From: an uncultured Bacilli bacterium
Lineage (GTDB): Bacteria; Bacillota_I; Bacilli_A; RF39; UBA660
Direction of reading: 5' to 3'
DNA length: 64,000 nucleotides
Assembly (NCBI GenBank): GCA_947630055.1
Contig: CANRGA010000001.1
Location: forward strand, 10,195 to 74,194
The translations under genes and the position numbers were made by a program. A model generated the notes under the pieces. The model had not been told where the DNA came from, searched no databases, and worked only from the letters and a program-made list of their open reading frames with translations. Within the stretch, counting starts at the first letter, position 1. Each line of letters starts with the position of its first letter. This document shows positions 26,589 through 36,416 of this stretch, in pieces.

Positions 26589-28862
26589 ATGTTTTTATTA
26601 GGTATATTTGATGAAGCACTTGTTGGTATTGAACTTTTTGTAGTAACTCAATTATATAAAGTTGCTGCAAATGTTTTTAAAATATTTATGATTTTGGCTC
26701 AAAGTGACTTTTTAGAACAAATTGATTATGGTACATTATTGTCTAATTTTTATGTAATTATCGGATTAATTATGCTTTTTATAATGGCTTTCGCTTTATT
26801 AAGGGGAATAATTAATCCTGATGATCAAAAGCAAGGAACAACTGTAGTAAAAAATGTTATAATTAATTTTGTTTTGTCATGTGTATTATTAGGATTTTTA
26901 CCAACAATATTTCCTTTTATGTTTGATTTGCAAGATTCAATTTTAAGATACAATGTTATTGGTGGCTTTTTTGGTTATGGAAGACCGGGTCAAAAATTAA
27001 GTAATTCTGAAAATGTAAACGAAGTTGAATCAAGTTCATATAGAATGGTAAATGGTATATTTACGGCATTTTTTAATGTAAGTAATTCTTTTTGCGATAG
27101 CGTTGATTCAAGTAGTAGTAATAAATTTGAAGAATTAACAAATTGTCAGAAAGAATTGAAAGTTGATCCTTTAGAGATAAATGGCTATGAAGAAAATGAT
27201 AAAGATAATTTTTATGAATATGCTAAACATGTTGATGGAACTGCTGATTTTGGAGTTTATGCTGCGTTTATTGAGGCAGCTTCAAATAATGAAGTTGATT
27301 TTGGCTTTTTCATGCTATTAATTTCAGGAGTATTATTAATATATGTAGGAGTTTCATATTGTTTTGATATGGCATTAAGGTTAATTAAATTAATTTTTTA
27401 TCAAGCGATTGCTCCGATTCCAATATTTTTGAGAATTATTCCTAATAGCAAATTTAGCGGTACATTTAATCAATGGTTGAAAGTTACTTTAACATGTTGG
27501 ATGGAAGTGTTTGTTAGAATATTTATTTTTAGTTTCTGTATGTGGTTATGTCGCGCAATGCAAAGCACAAATTTTTTATCAAGCGAAGTTTATGAATATG
27601 GTAGATTAGCTGGTTTATTAACAAAAGCGTTTATTTTGATGGCTATTGTTATGTTTATGAAAAGATCACCTAAATTATTATCAGAAGTAACAGGAATTGA
27701 TTCTGGAAATATGAAACTTGGCATTAGAGAAAAATTAGCAGATGGTGGTGGCTTTATTGCTGGAGCTGCAGTTGGTGGCCTTGCAACAGCTGGTATTCGA
27801 AATACGGTTGGTGCAGTTAGAAGAACCAGAGAAGCCTATAAGGAAGCTGCTGCTAATAATGCTGGTCGTTGGAAAAAAGCAGGCATAATTGCAAGAGGCG
27901 TTGGTGGCGGTGCATTATCATTCATCGGCGGTGCTGGTTCGGGGGCTTTTAGATCTGGAAGAAGTGCTGTCGGAAAAAAATCTTTTAAAGATGCAGGAGC
28001 AGCTATAACATCAGGGGCAAATGCAGCAACACAAGCGGGTGAAAGAAGGAGAAACTATCGTGCTGAACATGGTGGCTTTTTTGGAGCAATTGGTGGTCAT
28101 GCAAAAGATGCTGTACATGGAGTTGGTGGATATTTTGGTATAGGTGCTAACGAAACAAAAATGGGCTTTTATAATACAGCTGCCCAAACATCAGATGCTA
28201 TTAATTCTGCATCAGAAGGTACGTATAAAAATAAAAAAGAATATCAAGATCAAAGTTCAATTGTTAAGAGACTTGGTGCTGAATATAATGAAGGAATAAG
28301 TAACAGAAAACGCGATATTGAAGAATTACGTATGAAAATGGAAGAAGCAAATAACAGAGGAGATATTGCATCTGCAGCAGCTTTTTCTGAAAGAATGGCT
28401 AAAGCAACTGAAGATTTAAAAGCATTTACTGAATCTTCAAGTGTTAAATTAGAATTTGATAAACAAACTCATGTACTTGAAGAATTACGTAAAGATTTAT
28501 CAAAAAGCAAGACAGATATACTTGCTACTGCTGCAACTAGAATTGGCGTAGATCAAAAAACTAATTATGTAAATGATAAAGAACTTGCATCATCATTTAA
28601 AAGTGCAATTGTTGATGCATTTCATGGTGCTATAGATGCTAGTGGAAATATAAGTGGTATTTCAGGAAATAATTTGAATATTGTAAATGCAATGTTAAGT
28701 GGTAAAGAAATTGATAAAAACTGGATTGATAGAGATAATTTAATCTTTGTTCAAGATGCAATTGATAACATAAATGTTGGTAGACAAAATGTTAAAGGTG
28801 CAAAAGAAAGAGAATATATTGTTGCATCTGGTAATAAACAATCTAGTAAAGATTCGAAATAA
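26589..28862 (+). CDS. VirB6/TrbL-like polytopic T4SS channel protein with Gly/Ala-rich and coiled-coil C-terminal region
   Basis: At least 6 TM helices in the first ~370 aa, then GGGFIAGAAVGGLATAG..GGGALSFIGGAGSGAF, then a charged helical tail. Lies directly upstream of the VirB3/VirB4-like genes. Confidence 0.55.
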   Translation: MFLLGIFDEALVGIELFVVTQLYKVAANVFKIFMILAQSDFLEQIDYGTLLSNFYVIIGLIMLFIMAFALLRGIINPDDQKQGTTVVKNVIINFVLSCVLLGFLPTIFPFMFDLQDSILRYNVIGGFFGYGRPGQKLSNSENVNEVESSSYRMVNGIFTAFFNVSNSFCDSVDSSSSNKFEELTNCQKELKVDPLEINGYEENDKDNFYEYAKHVDGTADFGVYAAFIEAASNNEVDFGFFMLLISGVLLIYVGVSYCFDMALRLIKLIFYQAIAPIPIFLRIIPNSKFSGTFNQWLKVTLTCWMEVFVRIFIFSFCMWLCRAMQSTNFLSSEVYEYGRLAGLLTKAFILMAIVMFMKRSPKLLSEVTGIDSGNMKLGIREKLADGGGFIAGAAVGGLATAGIRNTVGAVRRTREAYKEAAANNAGRWKKAGIIARGVGGGALSFIGGAGSGAFRSGRSAVGKKSFKDAGAAITSGANAATQAGERRRNYRAEHGGFFGAIGGHAKDAVHGVGGYFGIGANETKMGFYNTAAQTSDAINSASEGTYKNKKEYQDQSSIVKRLGAEYNEGISNRKRDIEELRMKMEEANNRGDIASAAAFSERMAKATEDLKAFTESSSVKLEFDKQTHVLEELRKDLSKSKTDILATAATRIGVDQKTNYVNDKELASSFKSAIVDAFHGAIDASGNISGISGNNLNIVNAMLSGKEIDKNWIDRDNLIFVQDAIDNINVGRQNVKGAKEREYIVASGNKQSSKDSK

Positions 28863-28884
28863 TATATGAAGGAGGAATAGAAAG

Positions 28885-29205
28885 GTGAATAATTATTTAA
28901 TACCAGCAAATACAAAGAAATCACAATTAATGTTAGGTTTTTTTACCCCATTGGATTTAGCTATATTTGCAATTGGTTGCTTATGGACACTTATTATGGT
29001 ACTTTTGATAAAAAGTATTAATATGCTTGTTTTAATTCTAATATTATTACCAGCATTAATATCGGCGTTTTTGGTAATGCCAGTACCTCATTATCATAAT
29101 GTATTGCAATTACTAACAAATATTTTCAACTTTTATACAAACAGAAGACGATATTATTGGAAAGGATGGAGTATGTATGAAGAATTCGGAACAAGCGATA
29201 AGTAA
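28885..29205 (+). CDS. PrgI/VirB3-like small membrane protein
   Basis: 106 aa with two TM helices. N-terminus IPANTKKSQLMLGFFTPLDLAIFAIG is typical of PrgI-family proteins that precede VirB4. GTG start after GAAGGAGG. Confidence 0.55.
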   Translation: MNNYLIPANTKKSQLMLGFFTPLDLAIFAIGCLWTLIMVLLIKSINMLVLILILLPALISAFLVMPVPHYHNVLQLLTNIFNFYTNRRRYYWKGWSMYEEFGTSDK

Positions 29206-29740
29206 TCCTAAATTTACAAGCACTTGGTTGCCAATTAGGCAAATAATGAATGGAATGATTCAACTTGATGACGGTACTTATGTAACAGGAGTTAAAATAC
29301 ACCCTAAAAATATATTTATTATGGGTTCACAAGCGCAAGATAATATGATTTATAGTTTACGAAATTTCTATAATACAATAGATTATGAATTCTGGCTTAT
29401 TATTGCGGATCGTCCAGTTGATATTAATTTATATTTAGCAGAATTACAAAAGTTATATAATAATTCTTCTAGTAATGAAGTAAGAAAATTGATTTTGCAA
29501 GATATTAATAAAGCTAATCAATTTATGAGTATTGAATATAATGTTGTTGATACTGAATATTATTTAATATTCCAAGAGAAAAAATTAGAAATTTTACAAA
29601 AAAAATTACATAATATGATAAGTGGACTTGCAAATTGTGGATTACAATCAAGTCAAACAAGTAATGCTGACTTAAGAATTATTTTAGATAATCTTCTTAA
29701 TGGCGGCGAAGCAATTAATTTTGGGACGGTGATGAGCTAA
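29177..29740 (+). CDS. VirB4-like ATPase, N-terminal part encoded as a separate ORF
   Basis: TSTWLPIRQIMNGMIQLDDGTYVTGVKIHPKNIFIM matches the canonical start of Gram-positive VirB4 (ConE/PrgJ/Orf16-type). Ends in a TAATG overlap with the next ORF. Confidence 0.6.
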   Translation: MKNSEQAISNPKFTSTWLPIRQIMNGMIQLDDGTYVTGVKIHPKNIFIMGSQAQDNMIYSLRNFYNTIDYEFWLIIADRPVDINLYLAELQKLYNNSSSNEVRKLILQDINKANQFMSIEYNVVDTEYYLIFQEKKLEILQKKLHNMISGLANCGLQSSQTSNADLRIILDNLLNGGEAINFGTVMS

Positions 29741-31527
29741 TGAGTAATGTAAAAAATGCTATAGCACCAAAAGGTATGGAATTTAAACCTACCGAATTTA
29801 GAATTAGTGGTAAATATTCTACTATTATTACTATTGTAACTTTTCCCAAAAATGTTTATGTAGGTTATTTATCAGATATAACTAATATTTCGGGAGTTAA
29901 AGTTGTTGTTAAACATATTCCAATTCAATTCCAAGTATTGCAAAAAATGATTAATAAGGAAATTGCAGATTTAAAGACAAGATATCAATCAGAGCATGAT
30001 CAAACATTACAAGAAAAAATTCGTCAAGATTATGAATCATTAGAGCAATTTATTAGTATGCTTGCTTCAACTGATGCTAGAATATTCGATTTTCAAATGC
30101 ATTTAATGCTTACTGCTGATAGTAAAGAAGAACTTGATAATAAAAGAATGGAAGTTAAAAGTTATTTAAATGCAATGGGTATGGCAGGCGTAGCTTTAAT
30201 GTTTGAACAAGAAAAAGTACTTAAAAGTATTGTGCCAATATTTCCACCTCAAGATATTGAGCAAAGAATTGGTACACCAATACCTTCAATTACTATTGCT
30301 GCTATGTATCCTTTTGTTTTTGATAGTATCAAAGATCCAGGATTATCATGTTTATTTGGCGTAGATTTCTCTGGTGGTGTTGTATTATTTAATCAATTCT
30401 TGTATCAAATAAGAAAAGAAAATAATCGTAATAATGCTAATATTATTTTACTTGGTACATCAGGAAGTGGTAAATCAACGGCTGCTAAACTTTTGCTTCG
30501 AACTCATTTACGTAATGGTTGCAAAGTTGTGGCAATCGATCCTGAAGGCGAACTAGGTGATATGACTGAACTTATGGGTGGAGATTTCTTAGACCTTGGT
30601 AAAGGTGGCCAATTTGGTATGATTAATCCACTTGAAATAGTAATGGATGTTGATGAAGAAGAAATATCTCAAGGCTTAGGATATACTGTTTTAACAAGAA
30701 CTCTTCAACAATTAAAAGCATTTATGAAGTATTATAATCCATCAATTGAAGAAGATGTTTTAACTCTTTTTAGTGAAGTAGTTCAAGATACGTATAAGAG
30801 ATTTAAAATTGATTTTGATACTGATTTTACTAAATTAACAAGAGATGATTATCCAACATTTGATGATGTTTATGCTACTATTCAAGGAAGACTTTTATCT
30901 ATGGTAGATGCAACTCATGAGCGAGATGTTATGGAAAGATTAGAATTAAAGGTACGACCTTTAGTCAAAGAATTAAGATATTACTTTACTGGTAAAACTA
31001 CCATTCAAATTCAAAGTGATTTTATTGTATTTAATATAAAAGAATTAATGAATAGTGATGAAAATATTAAAAATGCTTTATTCTTTAACATATTAAAATT
31101 TGCTTGGGGCTTATGTTTAGAGAAAGATGTTAATACAGTTATGATGGTGGATGAAGCTCATGTACTTCTTGCCACTCATAATGAACTTGGAGCAGAATTT
31201 TTAGCTCAAATTCAAAGACGTAGTCGTAAATATAATACTGGTACGATAATAATTACCCAACAACCAACTGATTTCGCAGCTCCATCTGTTATTCAACATG
31301 GTAAGGCTATTTTTGATAATGCTTCTTATTATCTAGTAATGGGCCTTCGTAAACAAGCGGTTGAAGATTTAGCTCAATTAATTGATTTAAATGAAAGTGA
31401 AAAAGAAGGAATAAAATATTATCCACAAGGCCAAGGATTATTTATCTGTGGTAATAGAAGAATGCGTATTAATGTTGTTGTTACTCAAGAAGAACTAGAT
31501 TCATTTGGTTCTGGTGGTGGCTATTAA
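29740..31527 (+). CDS. VirB4-like T4SS ATPase, C-terminal part with NTPase domain
   Basis: Walker A GTSGSGKST, Walker B VMMVDEAHVLL. N-terminus IAPKGMEFKPTEFRISGKYSTIITIVTFPKNV continues the VirB4 pattern. Confidence 0.85.
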   Translation: MSNVKNAIAPKGMEFKPTEFRISGKYSTIITIVTFPKNVYVGYLSDITNISGVKVVVKHIPIQFQVLQKMINKEIADLKTRYQSEHDQTLQEKIRQDYESLEQFISMLASTDARIFDFQMHLMLTADSKEELDNKRMEVKSYLNAMGMAGVALMFEQEKVLKSIVPIFPPQDIEQRIGTPIPSITIAAMYPFVFDSIKDPGLSCLFGVDFSGGVVLFNQFLYQIRKENNRNNANIILLGTSGSGKSTAAKLLLRTHLRNGCKVVAIDPEGELGDMTELMGGDFLDLGKGGQFGMINPLEIVMDVDEEEISQGLGYTVLTRTLQQLKAFMKYYNPSIEEDVLTLFSEVVQDTYKRFKIDFDTDFTKLTRDDYPTFDDVYATIQGRLLSMVDATHERDVMERLELKVRPLVKELRYYFTGKTTIQIQSDFIVFNIKELMNSDENIKNALFFNILKFAWGLCLEKDVNTVMMVDEAHVLLATHNELGAEFLAQIQRRSRKYNTGTIIITQQPTDFAAPSVIQHGKAIFDNASYYLVMGLRKQAVEDLAQLIDLNESEKEGIKYYPQGQGLFICGNRRMRINVVVTQEELDSFGSGGGY

Positions 31528-31651
31528 AATAAAATAATTAGATGTAAAAAAAATAACTTTTAGTTATTTTTTTAATCTTTATATCATAAATAAATTGGCT
31601 TTTTTTTACTATTAATGTATGATAAAATATTAAATAGAAGAAGGTGGTAAA

Positions 31652-34504
31652 ATGGATCCAAATGAAGAATTTGAAGAATTAGAAGATTTAGATGTAAATC
31701 CTGATGCCACTGAAGAAATTATAGATGATGGGGGAGAAGAAACTTTTAGTGATTATCCTGAATCTACTGGAAGTAAAACCGGATACAAAGGAAAAAAATA
31801 TCATGCTGATCGTATAAATGAATTAGATGAAAAAAGCGAACAGTTAAAAGAAAAAGTAGAAACTTTAAAAGATGAAAAAAGTAGAGATTGGAAATTAAAA
31901 GATTCTAATAATAAAGAACCAGTTAAAGCTGATGGTTCTAATACAAGATTAAAAACTCAAAGAGAAAAATTTGGTGATAATGCTAAACTTGCTAGAGCAA
32001 AAGCTCAGGAAAAAATAAATAAAGCTCAAAGAATGAAAGCAAAATTAGATAGAGTTACTGATGTTGCAACTCATCCATTAGAAGCTGCCAAAGAAGCTGC
32101 TGAAGATAAAGCTAAAGATATAGCTAAAAAAACAGGAAAAACAGTTGGAAAAGCAGCCGCTAAAGGTGCAGTTAATGCTGCTAAAGCTACGGGAAGATTA
32201 GTTGCTCAAGGTGGAAAAATGCTTGTTAGTTTATTATCTAATCCTTATGTTTTAGCTGCAGTTGTAGCGGCAGCTTTATTATTTATTATTTTCTTTATGC
32301 TATTTTCTAAAGCATCAGATGGTGACTTAGAACCAGAAGGATATTTTGATACTACATGTGATTTCAATTTAACTTCTGTAACCTATAGCTGTAATGGTAC
32401 TAGTAAAATAATGGGAATAAAAGAATATGTTTTAAGTATTGCTTATGGTGAAATGCAAAAAAATAATTTATCAGAAGCAGCAATTAAAGCATTAATGATA
32501 ATTGCAAAAACAAATGCTCTTGCTAATGGCAACTATGATAGTAGTGGTGATAAGGCTATTAGTATAAGTGGAAGTAATTGTAATGCTGCATATGAAAATG
32601 TTTATGAGACACTAGCTGATGAACAAGAAAATAAGACAAAACAAAAGCAAGTTAAAGTATTAGAAAACTATTATAATGAAATAGCTAATTATTTATTTAT
32701 TTCTGAATCATATAAGAGTGAAATCACTGAATTAGGAAGTGAAGATGCTTTAGAATTTAATGATAATATTATTCAAAAATTAGTTTCAACTAATAAAGAT
32801 GGCTATGAAGAAATACTTCAAGAAATATATGCAGTTGAAGATGGTGAAAGTGATAAAACTATAACAGTAACTAATTCAAATCCATCTATATTTGTAGGTG
32901 ATTCTAGAACAGTTGGTATGAAAAATTCTGTTAGTGAATTAAATGATAATAATACCATTGCAGAAGGTTCAAAAAGATATGATTGGTTTGTTAATACTGC
33001 AATAAATAGCATTAATAGTAAAATAAATAATGGCAATTCTTATAATATTATTAGTTGGATGGGAGTAAATGATATTGCAACTAATGCAAGTAGTGTAGCT
33101 GAAAAATATTTTAATAAGTATAAAGAACTTGCACAAGGTAGTTGGAGTAAACATACTATATATGTTGTAAAGGTAGGCCCAGTTGTTGATTCTAAAACAT
33201 ATTATGTTGATAATGCTCAAGTAAATGAATTTAATGATAGAATGAAAGAATTAATAAATAATGCCAACATTAGTAATTTAAAATATATTGATTTAAGTTA
33301 TTCTATTAATTCATATGATGCTGAGGGATTACATTATGGTCAAAGCGATTATCAAAAAATTTATAATGATATAAAAGCAAAAGTTACTTCAACAAAGACA
33401 CTAAGTAAAGTTAAAGCATTATTTAATAATGCTGAATATTGTACATACTATAGATATAAAAAAGAATGTGAAGCAGGTTGGTGGTGGCCAATTGGTACAG
33501 GTACTCCTCGAGGAAATATTTATCCAGATGAACCAGGCTCATCTTTAATGCAATTATATTCACCATTTTCTTATAGTCGTGATATTGGTAAAGGCGCAAG
33601 AGCACATTTGGGCGTTGATATTGGTGGTGGATTTGATGATATAGTTATTGCATCTAGGTCTGGAACTGTTGTTGCCACTCATAATGGCTGTACTGAATTA
33701 AATAATTTACATAGTACTTGTGGTGGCGGTGGAGGCAACTGGGTTAAAATTGATCATGGCGATGGCACATATTCTATATATATGCATATGAAAAATAATT
33801 CTTTAACAGTGAAAGAAGGAGATAGTGTTAATCAAGGTCAAAAAATAGGTTTAATAAGTTCCACAGGTTCATCAACTGGTGCCCATCTGCATTTTGCTAT
33901 TATAGTGGATGGTAATTATGTTAATGCTCTTGATGGTTATATTAGTGCTGATAATCCACGACCATCTGGTAATTGTGATAATTATACAGCTGATAAATCA
34001 GGTGTATGCAAAGCTTTGAAAGATTTGGGATTTAGTGATAACGCAGTGGCAGGCTTAATGGTTAATATTAAGGCTGAAACTTGGTATTTTGATTTTGATC
34101 CTAATGCCTATGTTGCAAATGATAATGGTGGTCCAAGTATGGGACTTATAATGTGGCATGATGTATTTGCTTGTGCTAATTATGATGTCTGTAGTGCTAA
34201 AAATTCAGGATATACTTGTAATGCAAGTGCTTTAAAATGCTTTTGCCAAGAAAATAATTTGGAATGGAATAGTGTTGCCTGTCAAACTAAATATTTAAAA
34301 AAATATATTGATGATCATGCAAATGTTTATGATTTCGATGCTGCAAAAACAATTTATGATCCTAATGCAAGTGCTCATGATATAGCATCACAATTTTGTA
34401 TAAAATTGGAAAGACCCGCAAATAAATATACAAATTGTCCTCAAAGAGCAAGCAGTTATGCGAGTGATATGTTAAGCTTTGTTAAAAATGGTTGTAAAGA
34501 TTAG
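31652..34504 (+). CDS. Membrane-anchored multi-domain peptidoglycan hydrolase (VirB1 functional analogue)
   Basis: Acidic/coiled-coil N-terminus, then a TM (YVLAAVVAAALLFIIFFMLF). SpoIID-like segment (IKEYVLSIAYGEM..ALMIIAKTNALA). SGNH-like IFVGDSRTVGM. M23 motifs HLGVDIGG and GSSTGAHLHFAI. C-terminal phage-tail-lysozyme-like segment (AVAGLMVNIKAET...GGPSMGLIMW). Confidence 0.75.
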   Translation: MDPNEEFEELEDLDVNPDATEEIIDDGGEETFSDYPESTGSKTGYKGKKYHADRINELDEKSEQLKEKVETLKDEKSRDWKLKDSNNKEPVKADGSNTRLKTQREKFGDNAKLARAKAQEKINKAQRMKAKLDRVTDVATHPLEAAKEAAEDKAKDIAKKTGKTVGKAAAKGAVNAAKATGRLVAQGGKMLVSLLSNPYVLAAVVAAALLFIIFFMLFSKASDGDLEPEGYFDTTCDFNLTSVTYSCNGTSKIMGIKEYVLSIAYGEMQKNNLSEAAIKALMIIAKTNALANGNYDSSGDKAISISGSNCNAAYENVYETLADEQENKTKQKQVKVLENYYNEIANYLFISESYKSEITELGSEDALEFNDNIIQKLVSTNKDGYEEILQEIYAVEDGESDKTITVTNSNPSIFVGDSRTVGMKNSVSELNDNNTIAEGSKRYDWFVNTAINSINSKINNGNSYNIISWMGVNDIATNASSVAEKYFNKYKELAQGSWSKHTIYVVKVGPVVDSKTYYVDNAQVNEFNDRMKELINNANISNLKYIDLSYSINSYDAEGLHYGQSDYQKIYNDIKAKVTSTKTLSKVKALFNNAEYCTYYRYKKECEAGWWWPIGTGTPRGNIYPDEPGSSLMQLYSPFSYSRDIGKGARAHLGVDIGGGFDDIVIASRSGTVVATHNGCTELNNLHSTCGGGGGNWVKIDHGDGTYSIYMHMKNNSLTVKEGDSVNQGQKIGLISSTGSSTGAHLHFAIIVDGNYVNALDGYISADNPRPSGNCDNYTADKSGVCKALKDLGFSDNAVAGLMVNIKAETWYFDFDPNAYVANDNGGPSMGLIMWHDVFACANYDVCSAKNSGYTCNASALKCFCQENNLEWNSVACQTKYLKKYIDDHANVYDFDAAKTIYDPNASAHDIASQFCIKLERPANKYTNCPQRASSYASDMLSFVKNGCKD

Positions 34505-34514
34505 GAGGAATATT

Positions 34515-35438
34515 ATGACAAAAAATAATCAAAAATTTGTTATTGTTTTAATTTTAATTTTATTAATACTTACTTCAATTATAGCAATATTTGTAAGTTT
34601 AAATATAAAAGATGATAATGATGATTCTAATACCCCAAATAGTAATATTCCTTCTAGTGAACCAATAATAAATAAAGAAATATCAAGATTAAAGGATACT
34701 GATGAATATTTCGCAGTGCAAAGTGCAATAAATAGTTTTTATGATAAAGTTTCTGCTAATGAGAAATCAGAAATTGTGTCTTTGTTAGATAGTAATTATG
34801 TTATCGAAAATAATATAACAAATGATAATGTTTTTGAAAAAATGAATTTGAGTACTTCTTTTATTAATTTTATTGTTGAAGAAATCTATTATAATGATAA
34901 TAGTAATATTACTTATTATTTTGTTAAAGGTTATGAAAATGAATATTTAATGGGAGAAGATGAATATGTAAAATACAATAAAAATTTGTTCTATCTTTTA
35001 GTAGTTGACACTAATAAACATTATGTGATAAAACCTTTAAATAATGTAAATAATTTAGAAGAATTTGCTAATAATTATGATATAAATGTAGTAACAATAA
35101 ATAATGATAGTAAATTTAAAAAAAGAGAAATAACTGAAGAAAAAAAAGTAACATCTTATATTACTAATTATACCAATTTAATATATTCTGATTCTGATAA
35201 AGCATATAAAATGCTAGACGATAATACTAAGAAAAATTATTTAAATTTGGATAGTTTTATTAATGATATAGATAATATAAGTGATAGATTATTTATTAAG
35301 ATTTGGTCAATAAACACTCAAGAAAATGAAGATAATATAGTTTATAAAGTTCAAAATCATAATGGTGATACTATAACTATAACAGAATATTACCCTAATG
35401 ATTATAAAATTGGCTTTAACTTTATAGAAGGAGAATAA
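34515..35438 (+). CDS. VirB8/TcpC-like membrane-anchored protein (paralog 1)
   Basis: N-terminal TM, a linker, then two NTF2-like-sized segments. The ATG at 34515 follows AGGAGG. Confidence 0.4.
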   Translation: MTKNNQKFVIVLILILLILTSIIAIFVSLNIKDDNDDSNTPNSNIPSSEPIINKEISRLKDTDEYFAVQSAINSFYDKVSANEKSEIVSLLDSNYVIENNITNDNVFEKMNLSTSFINFIVEEIYYNDNSNITYYFVKGYENEYLMGEDEYVKYNKNLFYLLVVDTNKHYVIKPLNNVNNLEEFANNYDINVVTINNDSKFKKREITEEKKVTSYITNYTNLIYSDSDKAYKMLDDNTKKNYLNLDSFINDIDNISDRLFIKIWSINTQENEDNIVYKVQNHNGDTITITEYYPNDYKIGFNFIEGE

Positions 35439-35440
35439 AT

Positions 35441-36358
35441 ATGAAAAATGATAATCAAAAAATGCTAATAATAATAATTGGAGGGTTATTGTTAATAACA
35501 TCTATAACTGCATTTGTTATGGGAGCAAATTCTAGTAAGGAATCTAAAGAAGCAAAGCCAAAAGAAAAAGAACCTATAGTAACATCTATTTTAAAAAGAG
35601 AAATTGCTAAGTTAAATGATTCTGATACTTTTTTTGCTGTACAAGAAACTATAAATAATTTTTATGTTGATTTTTTTAATAATAAAGAAGATGCAATATT
35701 ATTACTTGATAAAAGTTTTGTGTCAAAAAATAAAATTGATATAAATAATATTAATAATTTTATTAAAGAAACAAATGAAAATGTTAATTTTCAAGCGCAA
35801 GATATTTATTATAATCCGGATAGTAATATGACATATTATTTTATTAATGGCTATACAATTTCTTCAAATATTGAAGGCAAAGAATTGAAATATACACCTA
35901 ATTTATATTATCTTTTAAAAGTTGATATGGAAAATAATTATAGTATTATTCCTTTATTAGATGTTGAAAATTTTGAAGAATATGTTAATAAATATTATCT
36001 TGATAGAATCTATATAGATAATACTACTAATTTTAAAGTAGAAAAAATAAATGAAGTTAATAAAATGGTAAATTATATAAATAATTTTAAAAATTTAATG
36101 AATTTAGATGTTAATAAAGCATATAATATGTTAAATGATTCTACTAAAAGTAAGTATGCTAATTTAAAAGAATTTGAAAATAGTCGTGCTATTATTGCTG
36201 AAAAATTATTTACAAAATTTGCTTCTATTAATATTCAAAGAGAAAATGATATAATTAACTATAATTTGACTGGTAATAATCCAGATACTATTATAATTAC
36301 CGAAATGTATCCTAATGATTATAAAATAGATTTTAATTTTTTAGACTTAAGTGAATAA
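35441..36358 (+). CDS. VirB8/TcpC-like membrane-anchored protein (paralog 2)
   Basis: Collinear with the preceding ORF: ..L[KN]D[TS]D.[YF]FAVQ..IN.FY.., ..YYFI/V.GY.., ..ITE.YPNDYKI.FNF. Confidence 0.4.
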   Translation: MKNDNQKMLIIIIGGLLLITSITAFVMGANSSKESKEAKPKEKEPIVTSILKREIAKLNDSDTFFAVQETINNFYVDFFNNKEDAILLLDKSFVSKNKIDINNINNFIKETNENVNFQAQDIYYNPDSNMTYYFINGYTISSNIEGKELKYTPNLYYLLKVDMENNYSIIPLLDVENFEEYVNKYYLDRIYIDNTTNFKVEKINEVNKMVNYINNFKNLMNLDVNKAYNMLNDSTKSKYANLKEFENSRAIIAEKLFTKFASINIQRENDIINYNLTGNNPDTIIITEMYPNDYKIDFNFLDLSE

Positions 36359-36416
36359 TATTAATTTATTTTTCCTTATATTTATAGTATAATATTGGTG
36401 AATTGGGGAGATTTGT

